Below are positions 9,693-19,867 of a stretch of 64,000 bases of DNA, one piece after another. How positions within the stretch are numbered: the stretch's first letter is position 1; the number at the start of each line of letters is the position of its first letter. The DNA is from Betaproteobacteria bacterium (GTDB lineage Bacteria > Pseudomonadota > Gammaproteobacteria > Burkholderiales > JACQAP01): the NCBI GenBank assembly GCA_016194905.1, contig JACQAP010000013.1, positions 2,671-66,670 on the forward strand, read 5' to 3'. The position numbers and the translations under genes were made by a program. The notes beneath the pieces were generated by a model. That model saw only the letters and a list, made by a program, of their open reading frames with translations. It had not been told where the DNA came from and ran no database searches.

Positions 9693-10462
9693 TTGATCAG
9701 CTCCTGCGTTTCCTTCGATTCCAATTTGTATTCTTCCAACAAGTCCAACTGTTCGGCGCTCAGGGGCAAGTTGGCCAGCAAATCTGGGCGCCTGCGCCAG
9801 GTCCGCCCCAGCGACTGCTTCATGCGCCACCTCGCAATCTGCGCGTGGTGCCCCGACAACAAGACTGCCGGCACCGAATCACTTTCGTATACCTCCGGCC
9901 GGGTATATTGCGGGCAATCCAGCAATCCGTTCACAAAGGAATCCTGCTGCACCGACTCGGCATCGTTCAAAACGCCCGGAATACGCCTGATCAGAGCATC
10001 CATCAGCACCATTGCCGGCAACTCTCCACCCGACAGCACATAGTCGCCGATCGAAATCTGCTCTTCGATCTCGGCGTCCAACAGACGCTCGTCGACACCC
10101 TCGTATCGCCCCGCCAGCAAAACCAATCCCTCGTACTTGCCCAGTTGTTCGACAACCTGCTGCGTCAGTGGTCTGCCCTGAGGCGACAGATAGACTGTCC
10201 GGGTACGCTTCACGCCGCAGCTGACTTGTCGCTGCCGTGCCGCGCGCAACGCCTTTGCCAGCGGCTCCGCCATCATCACCATGCCCGGACCGCCGCCGTA
10301 AGGCCTGTCGTCCACGCTGCGATACGCGTTGCTGCTGAAATCCCGGGGATTCCACAACACCAATTCGTAGTGGCCGCTGCTCCGCGCGCGTTGTGTAATA
10401 CCGCTGCCGGTCAGCGCGTCGAACATTTCGGGGAACAACGTGACTACGTCGAGATGCATCAT
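9689..10462 (-). CDS. trmD: tRNA (guanine37-N1)-methyltransferase TrmD
   Basis: The 257-aa ORF starts [14 protein letters not shown] and contains [20 protein letters not shown], in the rpsP operon context. Confidence 0.95.
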   Translation of the reverse strand: MMHLDVVTLFPEMFDALTGSGITQRARSSGHYELVLWNPRDFSSNAYRSVDDRPYGGGPGMVMMAEPLAKALRAARQRQVSCGVKRTRTVYLSPQGRPLTQQVVEQLGKYEGLVLLAGRYEGVDERLLDAEIEEQISIGDYVLSGGELPAMVLMDALIRRIPGVLNDAESVQQDSFVNGLLDCPQYTRPEVYESDSVPAVLLSGHHAQIARWRMKQSLGRTWRRRPDLLANLPLSAEQLDLLEEYKLESKETQELIK

Positions 10463-10475
10463 CGCCGCAGGCGGA

Positions 10476-10964
10476 TCAATTCAGTTCCCAATCTACTACC
10501 AGCTGCCGGGCCTTCAAATCCACGTTGACGATTACGTCCTGGATGAATGGGACCAGCAATTCCTTGTCGCCCTGCACTACTACGAGCACTGTATTGGCGC
10601 CCGTTTCGAGAATCTTTGCCACAAGTCCGAGCTTGGATGCATTCCGGTCGCTGACTTCCATTCCGAGAAGGTCGTTCCAGTAAAACTCACCCGCTCGATT
10701 TTCCGGCATGGCGGTGCGAGGAACAGCGACATCCCTTCCTCTTAACTCTGCGGCCGCATCGCGGTCGGTGAATCCGTCCAGCCTGGCAACGACCATTGAT
10801 CCGTGCACCGCCGATTCCGCAATGCGATGCTGCTGCCATTGCCCTTCTGCGCCCAGCCACCACTCCGGGTAGTCGAGCAGTCCGTCGATTGCCTGCGTAA
10901 ACGGCTGGATCTTGATCCAGCCCTTGAGACCGTGCGGGGCGCGTACGCGCCCCATCACCACCAT
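10476..10964 (-). CDS. rimM: 16S rRNA processing protein RimM
   Basis: The 162-aa product from ATG 10964 ([23 protein letters not shown]...) lies between rpsP and trmD. The longer ORF-track form overlaps rpsP. Confidence 0.9.
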   Translation of the reverse strand: MVVMGRVRAPHGLKGWIKIQPFTQAIDGLLDYPEWWLGAEGQWQQHRIAESAVHGSMVVARLDGFTDRDAAAELRGRDVAVPRTAMPENRAGEFYWNDLLGMEVSDRNASKLGLVAKILETGANTVLVVVQGDKELLVPFIQDVIVNVDLKARQLVVDWELN

Positions 10965-10968
10965 TGTT

Positions 10969-11223
10969 TCAGGACTTGGACAACTCACCGAACTGCTTGA
11001 CCAGACGTGCAGCAGTGTCCGAGAGCTTGGCGCCCTTGCCCTGCCAATAAGTAAGACGATCCATCTGTATGCGCAGCGTCTCCTGGCCTTCCGGAGCTTT
11101 GGGGTTATAGAAACCGACACGTTCGATGAAACGGCCATCGCGAGGGTTGCGCGAATCCGCCACGACCATGTTGAAGAACGGGCGCTTCTTGGCGCCACCA
11201 CGCGAAAGTCGAATAACGACCAT
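10969..11223 (-). CDS. rpsP: 30S ribosomal protein S16
   Basis: The 84-aa product is [41 protein letters not shown]. Confidence 0.95.
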   Translation of the reverse strand: MVVIRLSRGGAKKRPFFNMVVADSRNPRDGRFIERVGFYNPKAPEGQETLRIQMDRLTYWQGKGAKLSDTAARLVKQFGELSKS

Positions 11224-11394
11224 GTGCTATACCCTCAAAAGCGAAGCGCGCGATTTTACGCCCGTTTTCGCCGAGTCCGCAAGGTAAATGGGGGAATTGG
11301 GACAGACTATCCGGGATCAACCATGATGCGGTTAAAACATTCACGAACAACGCGACAACATGCCAAAGGTCATGTATTTTTTCAATTATGTCAA

Positions 11395-12177
11395 TTAGTT
11401 GGAAGAAGTCGCCGCAGATTTGCCGACAACGAATCGACCATCCAGGAACTCCACCACGACTTTGACCAGATCGTCCTCCCGCCCTTCGAAAAAATGCTGC
11501 GCGTCCGGAACAACGACCTGATCGGATCCCTGGACTTTCTGAATTTGTTTTCTGCGCTCGTAGGCTCCAACCTGGGTGATCTCCCAGTCCTTGCTGCCGA
11601 ACACGTCCAGCACCGGAATCTTGATACGGAACATCTCTTCAAGGCCGTTGATGATGCCAATGAACACCCAGGCTTTTATGGGGGTGGAATTCGCATGAAT
11701 CAGATACTGATTCGCCATCGTCGCGCCGAGACTGTGAGACACGATCGCGATTTTGTCGAACCCCTTGTCCTGCAAAAACTTGGCGGCCAGTGAGTAGCGC
11801 TCTTCGGCATCGGGGTAGATCGGAAGGTAGTCGCCGACCTTCGCCCCTGGCCCCAGTACCGGCAATTGGATCGCCAGCGTGGTGTAGCCTTGCTCCGCCA
11901 GTTTGACACGCAATGCGCCATAGAGCTCGAAGTCGGGATTCCATCCTCGACCGTGGCCGATGATCACCGCACCACGCGGCTTTTCGGCCTGCGTATAGAT
12001 CGCAAGAAAATCGTGGCCGCTTTTCTGTTTGATCCAAACCACGTCGCCGACGAGAACGGCCGGCACGATCTGATCCGACCATCGTTTCTCGCGCTCGTAG
12101 TCCGGCTGCTGCGCATGGACCGTCGCTGTAAACAGGACGGCGAGGAAGAAAGCTGCAAATAAGCGCATGCGGGGCAC
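11395..12177 (-). CDS. Secreted alpha/beta-fold hydrolase (function unknown)
   Basis: The 260-aa ORF has an N-terminal signal peptide (MRLFAAFFLAVLFTATVHAQQ), a nucleophile elbow (IVSHSLGATMA), and later D and H residues. It is inserted between ffh and the rpsP operon. Confidence 0.65.
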   Translation of the reverse strand: MPRMRLFAAFFLAVLFTATVHAQQPDYEREKRWSDQIVPAVLVGDVVWIKQKSGHDFLAIYTQAEKPRGAVIIGHGRGWNPDFELYGALRVKLAEQGYTTLAIQLPVLGPGAKVGDYLPIYPDAEERYSLAAKFLQDKGFDKIAIVSHSLGATMANQYLIHANSTPIKAWVFIGIINGLEEMFRIKIPVLDVFGSKDWEITQVGAYERRKQIQKVQGSDQVVVPDAQHFFEGREDDLVKVVVEFLDGRFVVGKSAATSSN

Positions 12178-12280
12178 CTTAGAATGTTTGGCCCGGAATT
12201 AGACGAAGGGTCTGCGGACTCTACCCGGGTGTTCCTGACTTACGTTAAGACTGCTCGATCGCGCGGACGTTCCTGGCCTG

Positions 12281-13627
12281 TCAGCGCAAACCGGGAAATC
12301 CACCTTTGACCGAGCGCATCATTTTCTGCAATCCGCCCTTGCCTATCATTTTCATCATTTTCTGCATCTGCTCGAACTGATTGAGCAGGCGGTTGACTTC
12401 CTGCACCGTTACGCCGGATCCCGTCGCGATGCGGCGCTTGCGGGAGGCCTTGATGATCTCCGGCCTTGCACGTTCCTGAAGTGTCATGGAGTCGATAATC
12501 CCGACCGTGCGGCTTATCACACGGTCATCCACGGCGCCTCCCTGAGCCGCTTGTGCCAATTGCGTAGGCAGTTTGTCGATCAGCGCATTCAGGCCGCCCA
12601 TCTTTTTCATCTGCCGCATCTGGTTCCGGAAATCATCGAGATCGAAGCCTTTTCCGGTCTTGACCTTCTTGGCCAGCTTCTCGGCTTCATCGAGATCGAC
12701 ACTCCGGCGCGCTTCCTCCACCAGCGCCAACACATCCCCCATACCCAGGATGCGCGCCGACAACCGCTCGGGATAAAACGGTTCCAGGCCTGATAGCTTC
12801 TCCGATACGCCGACAAATTTGATCGGCCGACCGGTTACCTGACGCACCGACAGCGCCGCGCCGCCGCGCGCATCGCCATCGAGCTTGGTAAGAATGACAC
12901 CTGTCAACGGCAAGGCTTCCGAAAAAACCTTCGCCACATTGACCGCATCCTGACCCTGCATCGCATCTACCACGAATAATGTTTCGACCGGATCCAGCAC
13001 TTCGTGCAATCGACGGATCTCCTGCATCATCGCTTCGTCGATGGCCAGGCGACCAGCGGTGTCCACGATCAGCACGTCGTGATAGTGCTTGCGTGCGTAA
13101 TCCAGTGCGGCGAGCGCTATGTCTTCGGGCTTTTGTGTTGCAGTCGACGCAAACGCGTCAACGCCGACCTGGCGCGCCAGGGTTGCCAGTTGATCGATCG
13201 CGGCCGGGCGATACACGTCGCAACTCACTAGCAACACCTTTTTCTTCTGCTCCTCAAGCAGCTTCGCCAGTTTGCCGGCGGTTGTCGTCTTGCCCGCGCC
13301 TTGCAGACCCGCCATGAGGATGACCGCGGGCGGAACTGTTGCGAGATTGAGCGCGTCGTTGCGACTGCCCATCAATTCGGTGAGTTCGTGATGGACGACA
13401 CCGACCAGCGCCTGACCTGGCGTGAGGCTTCCGAGCACCTCCTCTCCAATCGCCTTGTCCTTGATCCGGGCGATGAAATCTTTCACCACCGGAAGCGCGA
13501 CATCGGCCTCCAGCAACGCAACGCGGACCTCGCGCAGTGCGTCCTGGATATTTGCCTCGGTCAGGCGTGCCTGACCGCGCAGCGTCTTGACGACACCGGC
13601 CAGCCGGCTGGTAAGGCTATCGAGCAC
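12281..13627 (-). CDS. ffh: Signal recognition particle protein Ffh
   Basis: The 448-aa ORF has an NG domain (GLQGAGKTTTAGKLA, DTAGRL, TKLDGDARGG) and a Met-rich M domain (MRQMKKMGG...QMQKMMKM). Confidence 0.96.
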   Translation of the reverse strand: MLDSLTSRLAGVVKTLRGQARLTEANIQDALREVRVALLEADVALPVVKDFIARIKDKAIGEEVLGSLTPGQALVGVVHHELTELMGSRNDALNLATVPPAVILMAGLQGAGKTTTAGKLAKLLEEQKKKVLLVSCDVYRPAAIDQLATLARQVGVDAFASTATQKPEDIALAALDYARKHYHDVLIVDTAGRLAIDEAMMQEIRRLHEVLDPVETLFVVDAMQGQDAVNVAKVFSEALPLTGVILTKLDGDARGGAALSVRQVTGRPIKFVGVSEKLSGLEPFYPERLSARILGMGDVLALVEEARRSVDLDEAEKLAKKVKTGKGFDLDDFRNQMRQMKKMGGLNALIDKLPTQLAQAAQGGAVDDRVISRTVGIIDSMTLQERARPEIIKASRKRRIATGSGVTVQEVNRLLNQFEQMQKMMKMIGKGGLQKMMRSVKGGFPGLR

Positions 13628-13707
13628 GCGTGATGATCCCGGAATGTGATTCGGATGCGGATGTTGTAAACTTGGCCACGAGTTTCTCGCCGTGTTCTCG
13701 CCGCCCG

Positions 13708-14502
13708 ATGAGCGACATTCTACTTCATCTCCTGGTCAGTCTCGGTTATGTGGGTCTGGCAATTTTCCTATGGCGCGCAGCGCTCACGCCAGCCGATGCG
13801 CGGCCGCGGGCATCGTGGGCGCACGCGGCGCTGATCGTGCCGCTGGCCTTGCATGCCGTGTTGCTAGCCCGCGCTGCTTTCGCCGGTGGTGGGCTGTATC
13901 TCGGTGTCGGGAATGCCGTTTCAGTGATCATCTGGCTGACGGTGCTCATCTACTGGACGGGCAGCTTCTTCTACAGGCTGGAAGGACTTCAGGTTCTGGT
14001 CGTGCCTACTGCAGCGGCACTCTCCCTGCTTCCGCTGGCGTTCCCGCCAGTGCATCCGCTGACCAATACCCACTTGGCCGCGTTCAAGGCCCACCTGGTC
14101 ATATCGCTGCTGGCGTACAGTCTGTTCACTATTGCTTCATTGCACGTCCTGATGATGGCGATCATGGAGCGACGCCTGCATCGCGGCAACCTTCCGCAGT
14201 TCATGCAAAGTCTCCCGCCGCTGCTCACGATGGAACAGATTCTGTTCCAAATCATCTTTGCGGGCTTTGTTCTGCTCACTCTTACGCTGGCCAGCGGCAT
14301 TCTCTTTTCGGAAGAACTGTTTGGCAAACCCATGCAATTCACTCAAAAGACGGTATTCGGCATTTTGTCCTGGATTATTTTCGGCGCCCTGTTGGCTGGA
14401 CGTGCGCTCTACGGATGGCGTGGCCGCGTGGCTATGCGCTGGACCCTGGCAGGTTTCCTTTCACTCTTTCTCGCCTATATCGGCAGCAAGTTTGTTCTCT
14501 AA
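13708..14502 (+). CDS. Cytochrome c assembly (CcsA/YpjD-like) inner-membrane protein
   Basis: The polytopic membrane ORF is divergent from ffh, as ypjD is in E. coli. I chose ATG 13708 (MSDILLHLLVSLGYV); the ORF track starts at GTG 13630. Confidence 0.75.
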   Translation: MSDILLHLLVSLGYVGLAIFLWRAALTPADARPRASWAHAALIVPLALHAVLLARAAFAGGGLYLGVGNAVSVIIWLTVLIYWTGSFFYRLEGLQVLVVPTAAALSLLPLAFPPVHPLTNTHLAAFKAHLVISLLAYSLFTIASLHVLMMAIMERRLHRGNLPQFMQSLPPLLTMEQILFQIIFAGFVLLTLTLASGILFSEELFGKPMQFTQKTVFGILSWIIFGALLAGRALYGWRGRVAMRWTLAGFLSLFLAYIGSKFVL

Positions 14503-14609
14503 ATATTACTGCAGCGCTAGCATCGCCGAAGTCTCGCTGCCGCTCGCTTGACACTGCGGTTTTCGCTCCCGATACTGATTTCATATCTACAAGCCGGTGG
14601 TGACCGCAC

Positions 14610-15878
14610 TTGGATGAAATTCCTCTCTCTACGCTGCTGATCTCACTGATCGTACTCCTCGTCGTATCCGCATTCTTCTCGATTTCCGAAACCAGCATGA
14701 TGGCGCTCAATCGCTATCGCCTGAGGCATCTGACCAAGACCGGTCATCGGGGCGCACGCCTTGCTTCGCAGCTTCTTGCCCGGGTGGACAGACTGCTTGG
14801 GGTGGTATTGCTCGGCAATACGCTGGTTAATGCGGGCGCTACGACACTTGCCACCGTTATCGCTATTCGCCTGTTCGGCGGGGGCGAGTTGGTGCTGTCG
14901 CTGAGCACTGCCACCGTGGCTTTCTTGCTGCTCGTGTTCAGCGAAATCACGCCCAAGGTCATTGGGGCGACGCGACCGGAGACGATCGCTTTTCCCGCAG
15001 GTTACATTCTGGCTCCATTGCTCAAACTCGCTTACCCGGTCACTTGGTTCGTCAACCTGTTCGTGCGCGGACTGTTATGGCTGCTGCGCTTGCAGCCGCA
15101 TTCGAACCAAGCGCATACGTTGAGCATGGAGGAATTGCGCACCCTGATTCTGGAAGGCGGCAATTTTCTGCCGCAAAAGCATCAAAACATTCTGCTGAAC
15201 CTGTTCGATCTGGAATCGATCACCGTGGAAGACGCGATGACGCCGCGCAATCAGATCGAAGCGGTCGACATCGAATCGTTGCCGGATGAGATCCGCCGCC
15301 AGATTGCGACCAGTAACCATACCCGGCTGCCCGTCTACCGCGAACGCCTGGACGACATCATCGGCATCGTGCATGTGCGCAAGGTGCTGAATCTTTCTGA
15401 AGGGGAAAACATCAACGCGCAAACCCTTACCGAAGTGCTGCGCGAACCCTACTTCATTCCCATTGGAACGCCGTTGTTGACGCAACTTCAGAATTTCCAG
15501 GAACAGCAAGATCGCATGGGTCTCGTTGTGGACGAATACGGAGAACTCAAGGGCTTGCTGACCCTGGAGGACATTCTTGAAGAGATCATCGGAGAATTCA
15601 CGACCCAATCGCCGCTGCAAACGGGCCGATTCCGGCGGATGGAGGACGGCAGCATCATTGTCGAGGGCGGAACCCTGCTCCGGGACATGAATCGCAAGCT
15701 GGGTTACAAATTTCCCCTGGACGGTCCCAAGACCTTGAATGGGCTGATTCTGGAGCACTTTCAGGACATTCCCGAGCCAGGCACCAGCTTGAAACTCGCC
15801 GGCTACCCACTTGACGTCCTCCAGATCCAGGATCGCGTGATCAAATCCGTACGCATGCTTCCGCCCGATAAAGACTAA
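14610..15878 (+). CDS. HlyC/CorC family transporter (DUF21-CBS pair-CorC_HlyC domains)
   Basis: The 422-aa ORF has a DUF21 N-terminal membrane domain (FFSISETSMMALNRYRL), a CBS region and a C-terminal CorC domain. It follows the ypjD-like gene, as yfjD/corB does in E. coli. The start is an apparent TTG. Confidence 0.85.
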   Translation: MDEIPLSTLLISLIVLLVVSAFFSISETSMMALNRYRLRHLTKTGHRGARLASQLLARVDRLLGVVLLGNTLVNAGATTLATVIAIRLFGGGELVLSLSTATVAFLLLVFSEITPKVIGATRPETIAFPAGYILAPLLKLAYPVTWFVNLFVRGLLWLLRLQPHSNQAHTLSMEELRTLILEGGNFLPQKHQNILLNLFDLESITVEDAMTPRNQIEAVDIESLPDEIRRQIATSNHTRLPVYRERLDDIIGIVHVRKVLNLSEGENINAQTLTEVLREPYFIPIGTPLLTQLQNFQEQQDRMGLVVDEYGELKGLLTLEDILEEIIGEFTTQSPLQTGRFRRMEDGSIIVEGGTLLRDMNRKLGYKFPLDGPKTLNGLILEHFQDIPEPGTSLKLAGYPLDVLQIQDRVIKSVRMLPPDKD

Positions 15879-16003
15879 AAATCAGGGCTATTTATCAGAT
15901 ACTTCCATCTTTACTTTAACGACTGGCCAGTGCATTATTCGAGCTGATTAGTGGTCCTTCAAAGTGGCCACTAAACGAAATAGTGACGTGACGAGGTAAC
16001 GCT

Positions 16004-17227
16004 ATGGCTACCGCAGCGGCAACAAGGGATAGGGTCAAGGAATACACCTTTCTCTGGGAAGGCAAGGACAAGGCCGGCAAGCTGGTCAGAGGCGACATGC
16101 GAGCCGGTGGCGAACATGTGGTCCTGTCCCAGCTGCGCCGGCAAGGTATTGCGGTTCTCAAGGTCAAACGCAAGAGAGGGGGCATTGGCGGCAAGGTAAC
16201 GCAAAAAGACATTACTCTGTTTACCCGCCAACTGGCCACCATGATGAAGGCCGGCGTACCACTGCTCCAGTCGTTCGACATCGTCGGCAAGGGCCACTCC
16301 AATCCTGCAGTCGGAAAGTTGCTCATGGATATCAAGAACGAAGTCGAAACGGGCAATAGTCTGAACGTTGCCTTTCGCAAATATCCACTGTATTTCGACG
16401 CTTTGTACTGCAACCTTGTGGGTGCTGGCGAGCAGGCCGGTATACTTGACAGCCTGCTCGATCGCCTGGCCACCTACAAAGAAAAGATCCTGGCGATCAA
16501 GGGCAAAATCAAGGCGGCGCTGTTCTACCCGATTTCGATCATCGTGGTGGCCTTCATCATCACGGCGATCATTATGATTTTCGTGATTCCGGCATTCAAG
16601 GATCTGTTCTCCAGTTTCGGCGCCAATCTTCCGGCACCGACCCTGTTCGTGATGGCGATCTCGGACTTCTTTGTCCAGTGGTGGTGGGCCATCTTTGGTG
16701 GCGTCGGGTTCGGTGTGTGGTTTTTCTTCTACACATGGAAACGATCAGTGAAGATGCAAAATGCATTGGATCGATGGTTCCTGAAGATACCCATATTTGG
16801 CCCGCTAATCCGCAAAGCCACGATTGCCCGCTGGACGCGAACTCTGTCGACCATGTTCGCAGCCGGCGTACCACTGGTGGAGGCGCTGGATTCGGTCGCG
16901 GGCGCTGCCGGCAATTACGTCTACTACGTGGCAACCAAGAAAATTCAGCAAGAGGTCAGCGCGGGTATAAGCCTGACCGTCGCGATGACCAATACCAATG
17001 TGTTCCCGAACATGGTTCTGCAGATGGTGTCCATCGGTGAAGAATCCGGCTCGCTGGACGGAATGCTGGGCAAGGTTGCCGACTTCTTCGAACAGGAAGT
17101 CGACGACGCCGTGGACGCGCTTTCCAGCCTGATGGAGCCGATGATCATGGTCGTGCTGGGGGTATTGATCGGTGGGATGGTCATCGCCATGTACCTTCCG
17201 ATCTTCAAGATGGGTCAAGCGGTATAA
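16004..17227 (+). CDS. pilC: Type IV pilus assembly platform protein PilC (GspF family)
   Basis: The 407-aa ORF has duplicated GspF domains (TRQLATMMKAGVPLLQSFDIV and TRTLSTMFAAGVPLVEALDSV), with GAGG upstream of the ATG. Confidence 0.92.
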   Translation: MATAAATRDRVKEYTFLWEGKDKAGKLVRGDMRAGGEHVVLSQLRRQGIAVLKVKRKRGGIGGKVTQKDITLFTRQLATMMKAGVPLLQSFDIVGKGHSNPAVGKLLMDIKNEVETGNSLNVAFRKYPLYFDALYCNLVGAGEQAGILDSLLDRLATYKEKILAIKGKIKAALFYPISIIVVAFIITAIIMIFVIPAFKDLFSSFGANLPAPTLFVMAISDFFVQWWWAIFGGVGFGVWFFFYTWKRSVKMQNALDRWFLKIPIFGPLIRKATIARWTRTLSTMFAAGVPLVEALDSVAGAAGNYVYYVATKKIQQEVSAGISLTVAMTNTNVFPNMVLQMVSIGEESGSLDGMLGKVADFFEQEVDDAVDALSSLMEPMIMVVLGVLIGGMVIAMYLPIFKMGQAV

Positions 17228-17248
17228 ATTTTTCGCTCATATGGTCGC

Positions 17249-17277
17249 GCGCCCGATGATCTCGGGCGCTTTTTTTA
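17249..17277 (+). terminator. Putative rho-independent terminator/attenuator between pilC and pilD
   Basis: GCGCCCGA-TGATC-TCGGGCGC is followed by TTTTTTT, 22 nt after the pilC stop. Confidence 0.55.
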
Positions 17278-17317
17278 TCGGCGGGAGTTGACACGTAGGG
17301 CGCGCAAATCCTCAGTT

Positions 17318-18208
17318 ATGTCGCTCATCCAGGTACTGCAGAATCAAGCCGTGACGCTCGCCGCAGTATGCGGGCTGGTGGGGCTCATCGTCGGCAGTTT
17401 CCTCAACGTCGTCATCCATCGGCTACCAAAAATGCTGGAGCGGGACTGGGACGGCCAGGCGGCGGATCTGCTCGAACAGAAAGACCTGGTTGAAGTGGCG
17501 AAGAAACTGCGCGTCGGCAACGCGCAGCGCTACAACCTGATGACGCCGGCTTCGAATTGCCCACACTGCGGTCATAGTATCCGGGCCTACGAGAACATAC
17601 CCATCGTCAGCTATGTATTCCTGCGCGGGCGCTGCGCGTCGTGCAAGTCGCCGATAAGCATCCGCTACCCCATCGTCGAGGCGATAAGCGGCATCCTTTC
17701 CGCATATATAGGCTGGCGATTCGGATTGACACTGGCGATGGCGGGGGCCCTTGTCTTCGCCTGGGCTCTCATCGCGCTCACCGTAATCGATATCGATACT
17801 CAGCTGCTGCCGGACGACATCACGCTGCCGTTGCTGTGGTTGGGCCTGCTTGTCAACCTGAACAACGGTTTTACGCCGCTCTCGTCAGCCGTGATCGGCG
17901 CGATCGCGGGCTATCTTTCACTCTGGGCAGTGTATTGGCTGTTCAAACTCACCACCGGGAAGGAAGGCATGGGCTACGGCGATTTCAAACTGCTTGGCGC
18001 TATAGGCGCCTGGCTCGGATGGAAGATGTTGCCCATCGTGATATTGCTGTCCTCGCTGGTGGGCGCAGTCGTCGGCATCGCTTTGATCGTATTCACTCGG
18101 CACGGCCGCAATACGCCAATTCCATTTGGACCCTATCTTGCCGCCGCCGGACTGATTGCCTTGTTCTGGGGCGAAACGATCAACCGGACCTACTTGCAGC
18201 TGTTCTGA
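17318..18208 (+). CDS. pilD: Prepilin peptidase / N-methyltransferase PilD
   Basis: The 296-aa product from ATG 17318 has a Cys-rich motif (CPHCGHSIRAYENIPIVSYVFLRGRCASCKSPISIRYP) and the GYGDFKLL active-site motif. Confidence 0.92.
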   Translation: MSLIQVLQNQAVTLAAVCGLVGLIVGSFLNVVIHRLPKMLERDWDGQAADLLEQKDLVEVAKKLRVGNAQRYNLMTPASNCPHCGHSIRAYENIPIVSYVFLRGRCASCKSPISIRYPIVEAISGILSAYIGWRFGLTLAMAGALVFAWALIALTVIDIDTQLLPDDITLPLLWLGLLVNLNNGFTPLSSAVIGAIAGYLSLWAVYWLFKLTTGKEGMGYGDFKLLGAIGAWLGWKMLPIVILLSSLVGAVVGIALIVFTRHGRNTPIPFGPYLAAAGLIALFWGETINRTYLQLF

Positions 18209-18210
18209 GC

Positions 18211-18816
18211 ATGGTGTTCGCTGTCGGCCTGACTGGTGGAATCGGCTCGGGCAAGACGACTGTAGCTGAATTGTTTGTGTTATACGGAGCCGGATTGGTG
18301 GACACGGATAAGATCTCCCGTCGCCTGACTGCACCGGGCCAGCCGGCGATCGCAGAGATTGCCCGCAGGTTCGGGCCGCGGTTTGTCGCTGCGGACGGCA
18401 GCCTAGACAGGGCGCAGATGCGCAATCTTGTATTCGCAGACCCGTCAGCCCGGAAAGATCTGGAAGCGATTCTGCATCCCTTGATTCGGCAGGAGAGCAC
18501 AAGGCAGATCCGGGAGTCGACAGCACCGTACGTCATCGTCGTGGTACCGCTGCTGTTCGAAACCGGCACCTATCGGCGCGGGATGGGCCGCATACTGGTG
18601 GTGGATTGCCAACCGGAAATCCAGGTTTCCAGGGTGATGGCGCGAAGCGGACTTTCGCGTGATCGGGTCCTTTCAATCATTGCCTCACAGGTTTCCAGAC
18701 AGGAGCGACTGCGCAGGGCCGACGACGTTATTCACAATGATGGCGACCTCGATGCGCTGCAAGCACAGGTGGTCCCGCTGCATCTTCGATATCTCGGGCT
18801 TGCGACAAGTGGCTGA
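18211..18816 (+). CDS. coaE: Dephospho-CoA kinase
   Basis: The 201-aa product starts MVFAVGLTGGIGSGKTTVAELF. The pilD-coaE-zapD-yacG order is conserved. Confidence 0.92.
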   Translation: MVFAVGLTGGIGSGKTTVAELFVLYGAGLVDTDKISRRLTAPGQPAIAEIARRFGPRFVAADGSLDRAQMRNLVFADPSARKDLEAILHPLIRQESTRQIRESTAPYVIVVVPLLFETGTYRRGMGRILVVDCQPEIQVSRVMARSGLSRDRVLSIIASQVSRQERLRRADDVIHNDGDLDALQAQVVPLHLRYLGLATSG

Positions 18817-18912
18817 TCCACATTGGTTCGAAGAGCCAACAGCGGCCAGCGGCTTTATTTTTCTGGTCTTTTCGGCAATACTTGCCCCAACTCCGGTGGC
18901 CGCCCCCACATT

Positions 18913-19665
18913 GTGATCAGCTACGAGTTCCCGCTCAACGAGAGGATTCGCACCCTGCTGCGCCTGGAGGATTTGTACCAGCGCGCGCAGTACTTCGCCT
19001 TGAAAAACGACCCCGAAGAACACCATGTCGCGCTTACGTCGTTGTTCGAGATTCTCGATGTCGGCGGCCGGGCCGATCTCAAATCGGAGTTGATGCAGGT
19101 ACTCGAGCGACAGAAGCAGCACCTCGATGCCCTGCGCAATAATCCGGCGATTTCCCAGGAAGCGCTGGCTACGGTACTGGCCGAGATCGAGAAGGCGGTT
19201 TCCGATCTGTTCCTTTCGTCCGGAAAGACCGGCCAGGAACTGCGCGAGAACGAATGGCTGATGGGGATCAAACAACGTTCCGCGATTCCGGGAGGTGTCT
19301 GCGAGTTCGATCTGCCCTCCTATCATTTCTGGCTTAACCAGAGCGCCGAGGTGCGCCGCCTCGATCTTGACGAATGGCTGGCCCCGTTCCTGCCGATCCG
19401 CAACGGCGTGCAGATCATACTGAAGCTGCTCAGGGAGAGCGGCAAGACCACCAGTCGTGTAGCGCATCAAGGCGTGTATCAACAGACAATGGCAGGAAGG
19501 CTCGCGCAGATGCTCCGCATTCGACTCGATAGCAATTACGATTGCGTCCCCGAGATCAGCGCCAACAAATATGCACTCAATGTACGCTTCACGACTGCGA
19601 TCGGCACGCAGCGTCGTACCAGTATCGACGACGTCAACTTCGAGCTTACCTTCTGCAACTTGTGA
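18913..19665 (+). CDS. zapD: Cell division protein ZapD
   Basis: It is collinear with E. coli ZapD/YacF ([42 protein letters not shown]-terminus). I infer a GTG start at 18913 to give ~250 aa; the ORF-track TTG at 18823 is possible. Confidence 0.85.
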   Translation: MISYEFPLNERIRTLLRLEDLYQRAQYFALKNDPEEHHVALTSLFEILDVGGRADLKSELMQVLERQKQHLDALRNNPAISQEALATVLAEIEKAVSDLFLSSGKTGQELRENEWLMGIKQRSAIPGGVCEFDLPSYHFWLNQSAEVRRLDLDEWLAPFLPIRNGVQIILKLLRESGKTTSRVAHQGVYQQTMAGRLAQMLRIRLDSNYDCVPEISANKYALNVRFTTAIGTQRRTSIDDVNFELTFCNL

Positions 19666-19865
19666 TGCCAACCGCCTTCAAGGAAGCGCGCAAGGGGCAT
19701 TGCCCACAATGTAACGCCACAATACGGTGGAGCACCGACAATCCCTATCGACCTTTCTGTTCTGAACGCTGCAAACTCATCGACTTCGGTCAGTGGGCCA
19801 CTGGCTCCTACCGCATTCCCCAGGAAAAGCCGGATACCGGCCAGACCGACGACGAGGAGCTATAA
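19665..19865 (+). CDS. yacG: DNA gyrase inhibitor YacG (zinc finger)
   Basis: The 66-aa product has [32 protein letters not shown]. Its ATG overlaps the zapD stop (TGATG). Confidence 0.9.
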   Translation: MPTAFKEARKGHCPQCNATIRWSTDNPYRPFCSERCKLIDFGQWATGSYRIPQEKPDTGQTDDEEL

Positions 19866-19867
19866 CC

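Noticed and set aside
17641-18816. A 391-aa ORF that would fuse an alternate frame of pilD to coaE.
   Set aside because: Homology to dephospho-CoA kinase begins only at MVFAVGLTGGIGSGKT (ATG 18211), 2 nt after the pilD stop. The upstream part is the out-of-frame pilD sequence.
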